Below, in pieces: positions 19,566 through 30,118 of a DNA stretch of 64,000 nucleotides. The notes beneath the pieces are model-generated. The model was not told where the DNA came from. It ran no database searches and worked only from the letters and a program-made list of their open reading frames with translations. The DNA is from Lachnospiraceae bacterium. GTDB lineage: Bacteria > Bacillota > Clostridia > Lachnospirales > Lachnospiraceae. How positions within the stretch are numbered: position 1 is the stretch's first letter; each line of letters starts with the position of its first letter. The stretch is taken from the NCBI GenBank assembly GCA_014804385.1, contig JAAUZW010000033.1:8879-72878 (forward strand), in the 5' to 3' direction. The position numbers and the translations under genes are program-made.

Positions 19566-20747
19566 TTAGTGATGAAACAATCTGATCCCCGTAAAGCACA
19601 TCGTCATACCGTACTTGTCGCAAGTCTCGATCACATTGTCGTCCCGCACGGAGCCTCCCGGCTGCGCCACATATTTCACACCGCTCTTATAGGCGCGCTC
19701 AATATTGTCTCCAAAGGGGAAGAAAGCATCGGAGCCCAGCGCTACATCACTCATCTGATCCAGCCAAGCACGCTTCTCCTCTCTGGTAAACACCGCCGGC
19801 TTTTCCTTGAATATCTTCTGCCATGCGCCTTCCGCCAGAACATCCATGTAATCCTCGCCAATGTACAAGTCGATGGAATTGTCTCTGTCGGCCCGGCCTA
19901 TGCCATCCACAAACTGCAGGCCAAGCACCTGGGGAGACTGGCGAAGGAACCAGTTGTCCGCCTTAGAGCCCGCTAATCTGGTACAATGGATACGGGACTG
20001 CTGCCCCGCACCGATGCCGATAGCCTGTCCGCCCTTCACATAGCACACGGAATTAGACTGGGTGTACTTCAACGTGATCATGGCAATGGCCAGATCGATC
20101 TTCGCCTGTTCAGGCATGTCCTTAGATGCCGTCACGATATTGTCAAAAAAGGCTTCGTCTATCTTTAATTCATTTCTGCCCTGCTCAAAGCTGATCCCAT
20201 AGACCTGCTTCACCTCCACAGGCGCAGGCACATAGCTCTCATCGATCTCGATAACATTATAATTACCCTTTTTCTTTGCTTTCAAAATCTCCAGCGCCTC
20301 CGGCTCATACCCCGGCGCGATCACGCCGTCGGAAACCTCTCTCTTGATGATCTTCGCCGTCGCCACGTCGCAGACATCCGAGAGAGAGATAAAGTCTCCG
20401 AAGGAGCTCATTCTGTCCGCCCCTCTGGCTCTGGCGTAAGCGTTTGCCAAAGGTGTGAATTCCATATCCAGGTCGTCCACCCAGTAAATTTTGCGCTCCA
20501 CCTCCGAAAGCGGCAGCCCCACCGCGGCGCCCGCAGGAGATACATGCTTAAAGGAAGCCGCCGCCGGAATCCCGGCAGCCGTCTTTAATTCCTTCACCAG
20601 CTGCCAGCCGTTAAAGGCGTCCAAAAAATTGATATAGCCCGGCTTGCCGTTTAACACCCGGATGGGAAGCTCGCTTCCATCTGCCATGTAAATGCGGGAA
20701 GGCTTCTGGTTCGGGTTGCAGCCGTATTTCAGTTCCAGTTCATTCAT
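19566..20747 (-). CDS. purH: AICAR formyltransferase (PurH transformylase domain only)
   Basis: 393 aa, LKYGCNPNQKP...SFKHVSPAGAAVG...QPGGSVRDD. The N-terminal MGS-like IMP cyclohydrolase domain of bifunctional PurH is absent. Confidence 0.85.
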   Translation of the reverse strand: MNELELKYGCNPNQKPSRIYMADGSELPIRVLNGKPGYINFLDAFNGWQLVKELKTAAGIPAAASFKHVSPAGAAVGLPLSEVERKIYWVDDLDMEFTPLANAYARARGADRMSSFGDFISLSDVCDVATAKIIKREVSDGVIAPGYEPEALEILKAKKKGNYNVIEIDESYVPAPVEVKQVYGISFEQGRNELKIDEAFFDNIVTASKDMPEQAKIDLAIAMITLKYTQSNSVCYVKGGQAIGIGAGQQSRIHCTRLAGSKADNWFLRQSPQVLGLQFVDGIGRADRDNSIDLYIGEDYMDVLAEGAWQKIFKEKPAVFTREEKRAWLDQMSDVALGSDAFFPFGDNIERAYKSGVKYVAQPGGSVRDDNVIETCDKYGMTMCFTGIRLFHH

Positions 20748-20827
20748 GATTTATTACTCCTCTATATTTGTTTTGTTTAATGCACGCTCATTCGCAAACT
20801 CCGAATAAGGCAGAACTGACCAAAATG

Positions 20828-21541
20828 TCACTGATTCTTATTATAGATCCGTGTCTCGTATTTCCCCGTGGCAATCTCGATGTAACGCACAAACAGAGAC
20901 ACCTTATTTTCCTCATTCAGATTCTCCCAGAGCATCTGTCCGAAGCTGTCGATGTCTCCTTCGATCTCCACTTTTTTCGGTTCTCCCTCAAAGCTGGGCA
21001 GCGGATTCCCATCCCCCATGTAGGTGTGGATAAAATGTCCCTCCCCCGCCTTCGGGTTCTGATAGGCAAAGGTAAACCGATGACAGGAATCCGGATCCCC
21101 ATCCGCCGATTTTAAGATGGACATGGCATAATTGTAACCGCCATTCTCCAGATGCATGATTCCTGAGATGCGGGGCGTATAATTAGGCGCGTCCGGCTCA
21201 AATTCCCTGGTGCGCAGCGCCTGCTCAAAGGTTTGCTGCTTATCCATCAGCTCGTAGATCGTATCCGTCTGATCCCCGTTCGTCACGATCGTCTTATTGC
21301 CCAGCACACGCACCGGCGCATAGATGATCAGGCTGGGATCCTCCAGCTTGGAAGGATCGAATGCCTGTGTCCGAATTCCCTCTCCCTCTTCCACAAACAC
21401 TCTGTTTCTGCTGTTACTGCTGCGGCCCATGATAAAATAGGCTGTTACCGCATATTTCCCGTCAGCCGACTTGCCGATTACGATCCCTCTGCCCGGGTAA
21501 CTGTTTCCCGCAAGTTCCTGTGCTAAATTTCTCTTGTCCAT
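20828..21541 (-). CDS. IMP cyclohydrolase, PurO-like
   Basis: 237 aa with N-terminus NSYPGRGIVIGKSADGKYAVTAYFIMGRSSNSRNRVF, typical of archaeal-type IMP cyclohydrolase homologues. It is adjacent to the AICARFT-only purH. Confidence 0.7.
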   Translation of the reverse strand: MDKRNLAQELAGNSYPGRGIVIGKSADGKYAVTAYFIMGRSSNSRNRVFVEEGEGIRTQAFDPSKLEDPSLIIYAPVRVLGNKTIVTNGDQTDTIYELMDKQQTFEQALRTREFEPDAPNYTPRISGIMHLENGGYNYAMSILKSADGDPDSCHRFTFAYQNPKAGEGHFIHTYMGDGNPLPSFEGEPKKVEIEGDIDSFGQMLWENLNEENKVSLFVRYIEIATGKYETRIYNKNQ

Positions 21542-21612
21542 AGTAATCGTTTCCTCTCCCGCTATTCGTCATAGCTCTTTATTTCATTCCGAATGGTGCA
21601 CGTTGTATGATC

Positions 21613-21696
21613 CATAAGCAGACTCTCAAAATGCGCCGGTACTTAGCGAGGTTTTTTCGAGCTTAGTACCGCTGCGCTTTTTGCGAAGCGAGAGCG
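21613..21696. repeat. Third occurrence of CATAAGCAGACTC with a degenerate partner and internal hairpin
   Basis: CATAAGCAGACTC at 21613-21625 is identical to 3071-3083 and 10948-10960. A degenerate inverted partner GGGTCTGCGTT is near 21686. The internal hairpin is GGTACTTAGCGAGG-TTTTTT-CGAGCTTAGTACC. Confidence 0.4.
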
Positions 21697-21734
21697 GGTC
21701 TGCGTTGGAATCTGCAACGTGTGCCATGATAATA

Positions 21735-23234
<1,500 letters not shown>

Positions 23235-23324
23235 TTAAATATAAATCAATCAGGAAAATTTTTCCTGATTGCCGCGCGGCCCGCGCGCCACTTTAGTGGC
23301 ATATTTCCTCTGCGCGGGTCTGCG

Positions 23325-23362
23325 CATAAAAAGTATCAGCGCAAAAATACTTCTGCGCTGAT
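23325..23362 (-). terminator. Rho-independent terminator
   Basis: On the minus strand: ATCAGCGCA-GAAGTATTTT-TGCGCTGAT followed by ACTTTTTA. Confidence 0.6.
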
Positions 23363-23366
23363 CTTA

Positions 23367-23864
23367 TTAATCACGAAAAACCTTTCTGGGCGCCACATCC
23401 TGAATCGCCCGAAGCATAGTCTCATTAGGCTCCAGGATCACCCGGCAGTCATTCATCACCATCATATATCTTTTTTCCGGCTGCTGTGCCACACCGGAGC
23501 TGTAATCCACCGTCTTCATCTGACGGTTCCGGTAGGAATCCAGTCTGTGGGAACCCAGAGGCGCCATGATCTCCATCTGCTCCAGAGTATAGCTGCCAGC
23601 CTTCTTTCTCTTACTCTTCGCAAGCACCTTGTCCACGCTGATCTCCTTGTCCACATACAGGTACTCATACTCAATGCTCGCATACATATTGGCAAAATAA
23701 GCGCCCACTCCCGCTATCGCCGCCAGAAACAAACCCACTACTCCCGGCAATAGTATAAGAAGCAATACGAATGCCACCGTCAACATGATCAATAACATCT
23801 TCAAAAAACGCATCGCCACTGACGGTTTTCTTGCTACCAATAATTCTACATAGCTTTCGCTCAT
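23367..23864 (-). CDS. Hypothetical membrane protein
   Basis: 165 aa with two adjacent TM helices (LLIMLTVAFVLLLILLPGVVGLFLAAIAGVGAYF) and then a soluble domain. I recognise no catalytic motif. Confidence 0.6.
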   Translation of the reverse strand: MSESYVELLVARKPSVAMRFLKMLLIMLTVAFVLLLILLPGVVGLFLAAIAGVGAYFANMYASIEYEYLYVDKEISVDKVLAKSKRKKAGSYTLEQMEIMAPLGSHRLDSYRNRQMKTVDYSSGVAQQPEKRYMMVMNDCRVILEPNETMLRAIQDVAPRKVFRD

Positions 23865-23951
23865 CTATATCTTCCTCCGTACTCTATCTATGATCACCGT
23901 GAAATATATCGTTATCTGATATCATATAACAAAACGGGGAAAGTTTCAAGA

Positions 23952-25205
23952 TTAAACATACCATATGGGAATCTGTAGTATATTCTCCCGGAGCATCCCC
24001 GGCTGTGGGCAGGTACACAGGACCGCACCCATTCCCCGCTTTTTCTCCGGAATTTTATCCAAGACCTGAAAGGCTGCTGTCATATCCGCTGTTACTTTGC
24101 TGTTCATCTTAATCTCTACAGGATACAATGTTCCGTTTTCCTCTATAATAAGATCAATTTCCGCCTCCCTTTCGGTTTTGCCCCGATCCTTCCCTCTATA
24201 GTAAGAGACCATATATCGGTAATCCAGCCCTTCATTGGAATAAGATTTCAAGATTTCAGATATGACAAATGTTTCAAAAATCGAGCCGTTCATGGCGCCA
24301 TATGCCAACGCCTCAGGGGTCAGCCACCGCGTCAGATAACATACCAGTCCCGTATCTCTAAAATAGAATTTCGGACTTTTGATTGCCCTTTTCAAGGCAC
24401 TTGACGCATACGGCTCCAATAAATAGATCACTCCCGATGCTTCTAATATAGAAATCCATCGCTTGACAGTATCCGCGTCTTTACCGATCTCCGATGCAAT
24501 ATTGCTGTAATTCAAAATTTGTCCTGTCCGCGCCGCAGCAGCGATCATAAATCTTCTGAATATATTCAGATCCCGCACCGCTGCCAGTTCCCGCACATCA
24601 CGCTCCAGATAAGTTTTGACATAATCCGCATAAAATGCTCCCCATTCTTTCTCTGAAGCCGTCATTTCGGGATAACTTCCCTTGTGTATGATCTCCCACA
24701 GATTCGCCGGCTGCTGTACCGTTTCCCGCCTGTCTGTCACATATTCCATGGTCGGCAAAAAATGCCTGTCAAAAGGATCTGCTGTCAATTCTCTCATGGA
24801 CAGCCCTGACAGTTCTATAATGCCAATCCGTCCGGACAGTGATTCTGCTACTCCCTCCATCAAATGAAACGGTTGTGATCCCGACAGGCAAAACAAACCT
24901 TTTGCTTCTGTTTCATCGCATTTTATCTTAATATATCTGAATAATTCTTTCGCCCGCTGTACCTCATCAATCGTAAGCGGCGTAGGATTCAGAGACAAAA
25001 ACATATCCCCGTTCAATTTCGCCTGTTCTTCCAGAAACGGATCATCCAAAGACACATATCTGCGCTCCGGAAAAACCTTCTTTAACAGAGTCGATTTTCC
25101 AACCTGTCTTGCTCCCGTTACCAAAACAGCCTTGTAAGTGCCGCAATACTTTTCAAGTCTGCTTTCCATTGCCCTTTTTATATAATCCACGCGCGCCTCC
25201 GACAA
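23952..25205 (-). CDS. AAA-family ATPase with DUF4143-type C-terminal domain
   Basis: 417 aa. It has Walker A VTGARQVGKST and Walker B LTIDEVQ. The overall layout matches AAA_14/DUF4143 proteins. Confidence 0.75.
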   Translation of the reverse strand: MSEARVDYIKRAMESRLEKYCGTYKAVLVTGARQVGKSTLLKKVFPERRYVSLDDPFLEEQAKLNGDMFLSLNPTPLTIDEVQRAKELFRYIKIKCDETEAKGLFCLSGSQPFHLMEGVAESLSGRIGIIELSGLSMRELTADPFDRHFLPTMEYVTDRRETVQQPANLWEIIHKGSYPEMTASEKEWGAFYADYVKTYLERDVRELAAVRDLNIFRRFMIAAAARTGQILNYSNIASEIGKDADTVKRWISILEASGVIYLLEPYASSALKRAIKSPKFYFRDTGLVCYLTRWLTPEALAYGAMNGSIFETFVISEILKSYSNEGLDYRYMVSYYRGKDRGKTEREAEIDLIIEENGTLYPVEIKMNSKVTADMTAAFQVLDKIPEKKRGMGAVLCTCPQPGMLRENILQIPIWYV

Positions 25206-25281
25206 ATTCCGAATCTATTCCCGAATTTGTCACCATTATAACATTTCTCCTAAAAAAAGCAAGTTTTTAAATATTTTACAA

Positions 25282-25316
25282 CTTTAAATGGCCGAAATTT
25301 TAACTTTCGGCCATCA
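25282..25316 (-). terminator. Terminator hairpin overlapping the stop codon of the dehydrogenase gene
   Basis: On the minus strand: ATGGCCGAAA-GTTAAAA-TTTCGGCCAT. The TAA stop lies in the loop, followed by an A/T-rich tail. Confidence 0.55.
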
Positions 25317-26358
25317 CCTTTCCATATTCTTCCCGCTTATCTCTCATAATCGCAAGCCCCTGATCCAACTCCTCTAACGGCAGTCTGTGCGTGATCATTT
25401 CCGCGGGCGCAATACGCCTGCCCTGCAGTCTCTCCAGCACATAATGCCAGTCATCATCCTCCGCATGCGTAAAAGAAGAATTCCATGTCCCCAGCACAGT
25501 CAGCTGGTTGCGCAGGATCTTCCAGTAAACCGGTTTCGCGATCGTCATATCCGAAGCAGGATTACCCACCAACATGATCCGCCCGCCCGGACCTGTCAGC
25601 CCGACCGCCTGCATCACTGTCTCGTTTCTTCCGACGCACTCAAAGAACACATCCGCGCCTTTGCCGTCTGTCCGCTCAAGCAGCCACCTTTCCACATCCT
25701 GCGTCCTGCTGTCACAGTAGTTGTCCTCCGAAAGCCCCAGCTTCACCGCCATGCGTTTCTGAAAGTCCTTGTTGCCGATCACAAGCAGATTCTTCCTCCC
25801 TGATTCCAGTAAAAACATGAGCAGGAAAAGTCCGATTGTTCCCAGACCACAGATCACAATGCGCTCCTCCTGCTGCGGTGCCACCTTTCTCATGGCGTGA
25901 ACCGCCACCGACATAGGCTCCAGCATCGCCGCCTCCTCGTAGCTCACCCCGTCCGGCAGAGCGATCAGATTCTTCTCCGGAACTGCCACGTATTCCGCAA
26001 ATCCCCCATCCCTGCGGGATCCCAGATAGCTGTAGTGTCTGCACATCTCATACTTTCCACGACTGCAGGGCAGACACTCTCCGCAGGGAATCAGCGGAAA
26101 TACACCCACACGCTGTCCCTGCCATTTCGGATCCACATTCGCTCCCACTGCCGCCACCTTCCCTGCAAACTCATGCCCCGGTATGAGCGGATAGGAGTAG
26201 GTTCCCGTATAAAACACACGGGGAATATCAGAGCCACAGATTCCTGCCGCTTTCACAGAAAGCAAGATTTCATTCTCTCCTACAGTAGGAGAGTTTGTCT
26301 CCTCTAATCTCAAATCGTTAACACCATGCAGCACCCATGCCTTCATATTTACAGCCAT
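25300..26358 (-). CDS. Zn-dependent MDR dehydrogenase, putative pentulose-5-phosphate reductase (TarJ-analogous role)
   Basis: It carries GICGSDIP, GHEFAG and CGECLPCSRGKYEMC Zn motifs. I prefer the start MAVNMKAWVLHG at 26358 after AGGAAAGG. The track's 398-aa form would overlap the upstream gene. The function is inferred from neighbours (IspD/TarI-like, epimerase). Confidence 0.6.
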   Translation of the reverse strand: MAVNMKAWVLHGVNDLRLEETNSPTVGENEILLSVKAAGICGSDIPRVFYTGTYSYPLIPGHEFAGKVAAVGANVDPKWQGQRVGVFPLIPCGECLPCSRGKYEMCRHYSYLGSRRDGGFAEYVAVPEKNLIALPDGVSYEEAAMLEPMSVAVHAMRKVAPQQEERIVICGLGTIGLFLLMFLLESGRKNLLVIGNKDFQKRMAVKLGLSEDNYCDSRTQDVERWLLERTDGKGADVFFECVGRNETVMQAVGLTGPGGRIMLVGNPASDMTIAKPVYWKILRNQLTVLGTWNSSFTHAEDDDWHYVLERLQGRRIAPAEMITHRLPLEELDQGLAIMRDKREEYGKVMAES

Positions 26359-26419
26359 ACCTTTCCTGTGTTCGCTGATTCCATGTTTGAGCGTATTCAT
26401 CCAAAATTGACCTCTCTTC

Positions 26420-27157
26420 TCACTCCGGCCTATCCTCAATCTTCTCCCGAAACCGCTCCAGATCCGCTTTCGTGGTGATTTTAAAATTCCCCTCATCTCC
26501 GGGAATCATAGCGATATCCAGCCCCGCCAGGATTGCAGGCTCCGTAGAACCGTTGATCTGTAATATTCGATCCGGCAAAAGCGCTCTGTTCGCCTTATAA
26601 TATTTCCCCAGCACAAAGGCTTCCGGCGCCTGTCCCGCAAAAATTCGAGCGCGTTCTAATAGCGACGATACACTTATGCCGTCTTCGCTGTAATACACCG
26701 TATCCTTCATAGACAGAACGGGAAGCGCCCCGTCATGCCCCGCCAGCGCTTCCAGACACGCAGTAATCATATCCGCCGACAGCAATGGCCTGGCCGCATC
26801 ATGAATCAGAACAATGTCCGACTCCTCCGCATATTTTCGAATATCCTCCAGCCCATTAAAGATGGAGAGCTGCCTGTTTTCGCCCGGCTCAGAAAAGCCT
26901 CTGAACTTTTTCGGCACAGTCCCGTCATTCTCATTCCCCTCCAGATAACCCATATAGTCCAGAATCGTCTTGCGCCACATTCCATCCGCCACAATCTGCA
27001 CCGCATCAATCTTTTCATGCGAAAAGAGCGTCTGCAGGCAGTAGTAAATAATCGGCCAGCCTTTCACCTCTATGTACTGCTTGGGCGTATTGATACCCAT
27101 TCTTGTCCCGGTTCCCCCGGATAAAACCAACGCTGTCACCATATCTGTATCCCCCAT
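26420..27157 (-). CDS. IspD/TarI-family cytidylyltransferase (putative pentitol-5-phosphate cytidylyltransferase)
   Basis: 245 aa. ALVLSGGTGTRMGINTPKQYIEV is the IspD/TarI N-terminal signature. Confidence 0.75.
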   Translation of the reverse strand: MGDTDMVTALVLSGGTGTRMGINTPKQYIEVKGWPIIYYCLQTLFSHEKIDAVQIVADGMWRKTILDYMGYLEGNENDGTVPKKFRGFSEPGENRQLSIFNGLEDIRKYAEESDIVLIHDAARPLLSADMITACLEALAGHDGALPVLSMKDTVYYSEDGISVSSLLERARIFAGQAPEAFVLGKYYKANRALLPDRILQINGSTEPAILAGLDIAMIPGDEGNFKITTKADLERFREKIEDRPE

Positions 27158-27260
27158 AGCAGTCTATGTCTTGTCCTGTACGGCTATGACAACAGCCGCG
27201 GTATACACTGTAATTTTTTCTTCACCCGGGATATCACCGAAACACTCCCTTTTTCTGAAA

Positions 27261-27923
27261 TCAGAAATGAAGCTCCCTGATATTTTTCAGCGTCTCCCCG
27301 TAAGGCGCTTCCTTCCCGAAAAGAAGCGTAGTCCCCAGCACAAAGCCCTTCACGCCTCTGGGCGCATACTGCATGATCTTGTCCGCCCCGCAGGCGCCGT
27401 CCCAATAGATCTCAAATCCCATCTCATCCTTCAACGCCAGCAGCTTCGTGATCTTCTTGCCCACATAGGGCAGATACATCTGCCCCGCATTGCCCGGATT
27501 CACCGACATTACCAGCACCTTCTTCACAATCACTAGCATCTCCATCACCGTCTCAATACTGGTTCCCGGATTGATGGCGATCCCCGGTGTCATGCCCGCA
27601 TTGATGATCTTCTGAAGTGTAGTAGAAGGATGATACTCCGCCTCGGGATGAATATAGACCGTATCGCACTTGCGCAGCTTATCCAAAAAAATATGAATGT
27701 TATTGTTGGGATGTTCAATCATCAAATGAACATCCAAAGGTTTCTCTGTGGCCGACGCAATATAAGCCATGTCATTCAATGACATGGCAAAGTTCGGCAC
27801 ATAACGTCCATCCATAATATCAATATGAAAAGAATCGATGCCGCCAGCTTCTAAATCCCGCACTTCCTTTTCCAGATACCCGTAGTTGGCGCACATCATA
27901 GATGCTGTTAATTCAAAGTCCAT
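27261..27923 (-). CDS. Ribulose-phosphate 3-epimerase family protein
   Basis: SMMCANYGYLEKEVRDLEAGGIDSFHIDIMDGRYVPNF is an RPE signature. The ATG at 27923 follows GAAAGGTGG. The track start at 27947 is a TTG. Confidence 0.8.
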   Translation of the reverse strand: MDFELTASMMCANYGYLEKEVRDLEAGGIDSFHIDIMDGRYVPNFAMSLNDMAYIASATEKPLDVHLMIEHPNNNIHIFLDKLRKCDTVYIHPEAEYHPSTTLQKIINAGMTPGIAINPGTSIETVMEMLVIVKKVLVMSVNPGNAGQMYLPYVGKKITKLLALKDEMGFEIYWDGACGADKIMQYAPRGVKGFVLGTTLLFGKEAPYGETLKNIRELHF

Positions 27924-28026
27924 GAGGCTTTTCCACCTTTCGATCAAGAATATAAGTATAAGCTTATATTAACATTGTATACAAAAGATGTAAATAAAAA
28001 CAGCATGTACCTGTAATAATCCGGTC

Positions 28027-30081
28027 TTATAACATATCCGTCATATCTGACATCCGATTAAAGAAAGGATCTTCCACCTTTAGATTTAAGAAATCCTGAT
28101 CTGTAATCTCCACCCTATGAATCATGGATAAAAAGACCTCATCCAGCTTTTTATCTATCTTTCTGGCAGATATGGGGCACAATTTCAGATATTCCCTGAA
28201 ATACTCGCGAATCCCTTCCTGTGCCTCCTGAAAACATCTGATGTCGCCCTCTCTTCTTGTTTCTTCGTCGTATATCGGATTTCCATTTTCATCAAACTCT
28301 CTGACCGAAGGCATCGGCGCTGTCAGCATTGTCTCAAGAATATAGTAATCCTGAAAAATGGCACTGGTATTCCTCTCTAAAGCATTGTAAAAGGAAATGA
28401 TATCCAAATTTTTCCCCTGCATCTGCTCCTCATCTAATCGAAGGAAATAAATCCCTTTTAAATGATTCGTCATTAACCTGCCCATATACATCTGCGTCGT
28501 TCCCTTTGCAACAAAATCAAAGAAAGCGGTGTCTCCCTCATTTAACTCTTGTCTGTCAATATATATTCGATAATTTTTCCTGCTTTGTTCACTACGGTTC
28601 AGAATTTCCTCTTTATAGTCCAATAATTCCGCCCGTTCATCCGTTTCATCCACGTAAATGCCAAACCGCTTTTCAAGTTGTCCGGACAGGCTACCGCTGA
28701 ATTTCATCTCTCCTACATACTCAATATCCTCTTCGTTTTCCATACCAGCCCGTATTGCCGCCGTTCTGGATGTCAGAAAATAAACAGAAGAATTGCTATT
28801 GCAAAGCTCATCATACAGTTGTTTGATCAGGTATCCGTCCCGGGCACAGAAAAGTATGTTCTTCAGTTGAAATTCTCTTACCCTCTCCCGAAACCACAAT
28901 ACAAAATCACATATCATCGGTGCAAAAAAGACATAACCAATCTCATGGGCCGTGCCAACGCCAATCCGCCGTGCTTCTGTCTCAAACTGAAAAGGACTGT
29001 TAAAAACACGGGACACAAACATGCCGATCCTGATTCTGTCCGACAGGGAATCTGTATAATCCCACAATCCCATATATCCTGCCAGTTCCAGCAGATCCAT
29101 TCCGCTGTATAAACGGCAAGCAGCGATTTCGTTTTTTTCGGCATGCTCTATATCCGCAGTTACATCATCCCCGATGTGAAGATACCTCTTCGCTTTCGTC
29201 TCCTGCCGGTATTTCTGAAAAAGCATCTGCGTCTTTCCCGTCTCATATTCGCAGGACACAAACAAACCTGTATACCCTGTAATACCGCATTTCTTCAAAA
29301 TACCCGTAATCTGTTTCTCATTGTAATAAGAATCGGACACCACAAAGACCTGTTTCCCCCGTGCCACTAACGTTGCAAAGATCTCACAGACATCTCTGCG
29401 GGGAACAACAAGGCCACGGTCAATCTCCCACTCTAACATCGCCATCTGCTCCGGCACAATTTCCGCTATATGATAGGTTTTTTTCATATGCGAATAAATT
29501 TCTATCAGTCTTGGCGCCCGCTCCTTGGACAATTCCTTTTCACTTGCCATTCGTCTGACCGAAAAATCTTCTATCATAATACCGTGCTGCCGCAGCCTGT
29601 CATCCATAAGTTCAAACACATCCGTAGGAAATAACGCCTGACGCATGATCAACGTGTCAAACAAATCAAAACTGACAGCATCATACTCTTCTATCTGCCG
29701 CAGCAATTCCTCTCTGGTGATCCCGGACACCTCTCGAAAATCATAAACGGCACGCTGTACGTCACAGAGATCATTTCCTCTTACATCAAACAGGGCGATC
29801 TGCTGCTCTCTGCATACCCCGCCGATCCTCTTGGCAATGGCGCGGCAGGAACCCGGACGCGCCGCAACCACTATCAGCTTGACTTGGCTCGTAAACGCTT
29901 CCTGCAGGGAGATGATCGGCATCCCGTAGAGCATGCCTTCCTCTCTATAGCCATCTAAGAGCCCAATGATCTGAAATGATTGCCGGATCTCATTCAGCAG
30001 ACGTTCCGTCTCTGTTGCCAGTCCATAGATCGCTATCTTCTCTTTTTTATATTGTTCTAATATTTTTAATAAATCTGACAC
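28027..30081 (-). CDS. Three-part protein: N-terminal Rossmann-like module, HAD-superfamily hydrolase domain, uncharacterised C-terminal half
   Basis: 684 aa. The module-like N-terminus is KIAIYGLATETERLL...IIGLLDGY...KLIVVAA. The HAD motif I-like SFDLFDTLIMR and later HIGDD follow. The C-terminal region of about 330 aa has no motif I recognise. Confidence 0.6.
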   Translation of the reverse strand: MSDLLKILEQYKKEKIAIYGLATETERLLNEIRQSFQIIGLLDGYREEGMLYGMPIISLQEAFTSQVKLIVVAARPGSCRAIAKRIGGVCREQQIALFDVRGNDLCDVQRAVYDFREVSGITREELLRQIEEYDAVSFDLFDTLIMRQALFPTDVFELMDDRLRQHGIMIEDFSVRRMASEKELSKERAPRLIEIYSHMKKTYHIAEIVPEQMAMLEWEIDRGLVVPRRDVCEIFATLVARGKQVFVVSDSYYNEKQITGILKKCGITGYTGLFVSCEYETGKTQMLFQKYRQETKAKRYLHIGDDVTADIEHAEKNEIAACRLYSGMDLLELAGYMGLWDYTDSLSDRIRIGMFVSRVFNSPFQFETEARRIGVGTAHEIGYVFFAPMICDFVLWFRERVREFQLKNILFCARDGYLIKQLYDELCNSNSSVYFLTSRTAAIRAGMENEEDIEYVGEMKFSGSLSGQLEKRFGIYVDETDERAELLDYKEEILNRSEQSRKNYRIYIDRQELNEGDTAFFDFVAKGTTQMYMGRLMTNHLKGIYFLRLDEEQMQGKNLDIISFYNALERNTSAIFQDYYILETMLTAPMPSVREFDENGNPIYDEETRREGDIRCFQEAQEGIREYFREYLKLCPISARKIDKKLDEVFLSMIHRVEITDQDFLNLKVEDPFFNRMSDMTDML

Positions 30082-30118
30082 GTTGCTCCTTCTCTACTAC
30101 ATTATTTTATATTTTCAT

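Noticed and set aside
21542-21734. A ZTP (pfl) or purine riboswitch in the leader of the PurO-like/purH genes.
   Set aside because: I looked for the conserved ZTP core (…CCGGGCGGA…CCGCCTGGGC…) and the purine-aptamer loops on the minus strand and found neither. The spacer is instead occupied by the repeat-family hairpins.
25300-26496. The 398-aa version of the dehydrogenase ORF starting at 26496.
   Set aside because: The first roughly 46 codons overlap the 3' end of the TarI-like gene, translate to R/K-rich filler (MRGILKSPRKRIWSGFGRRLRIG…), and lack an RBS. An AGGAAAGG-preceded ATG at 26358 gives a normal MDR N-terminus.
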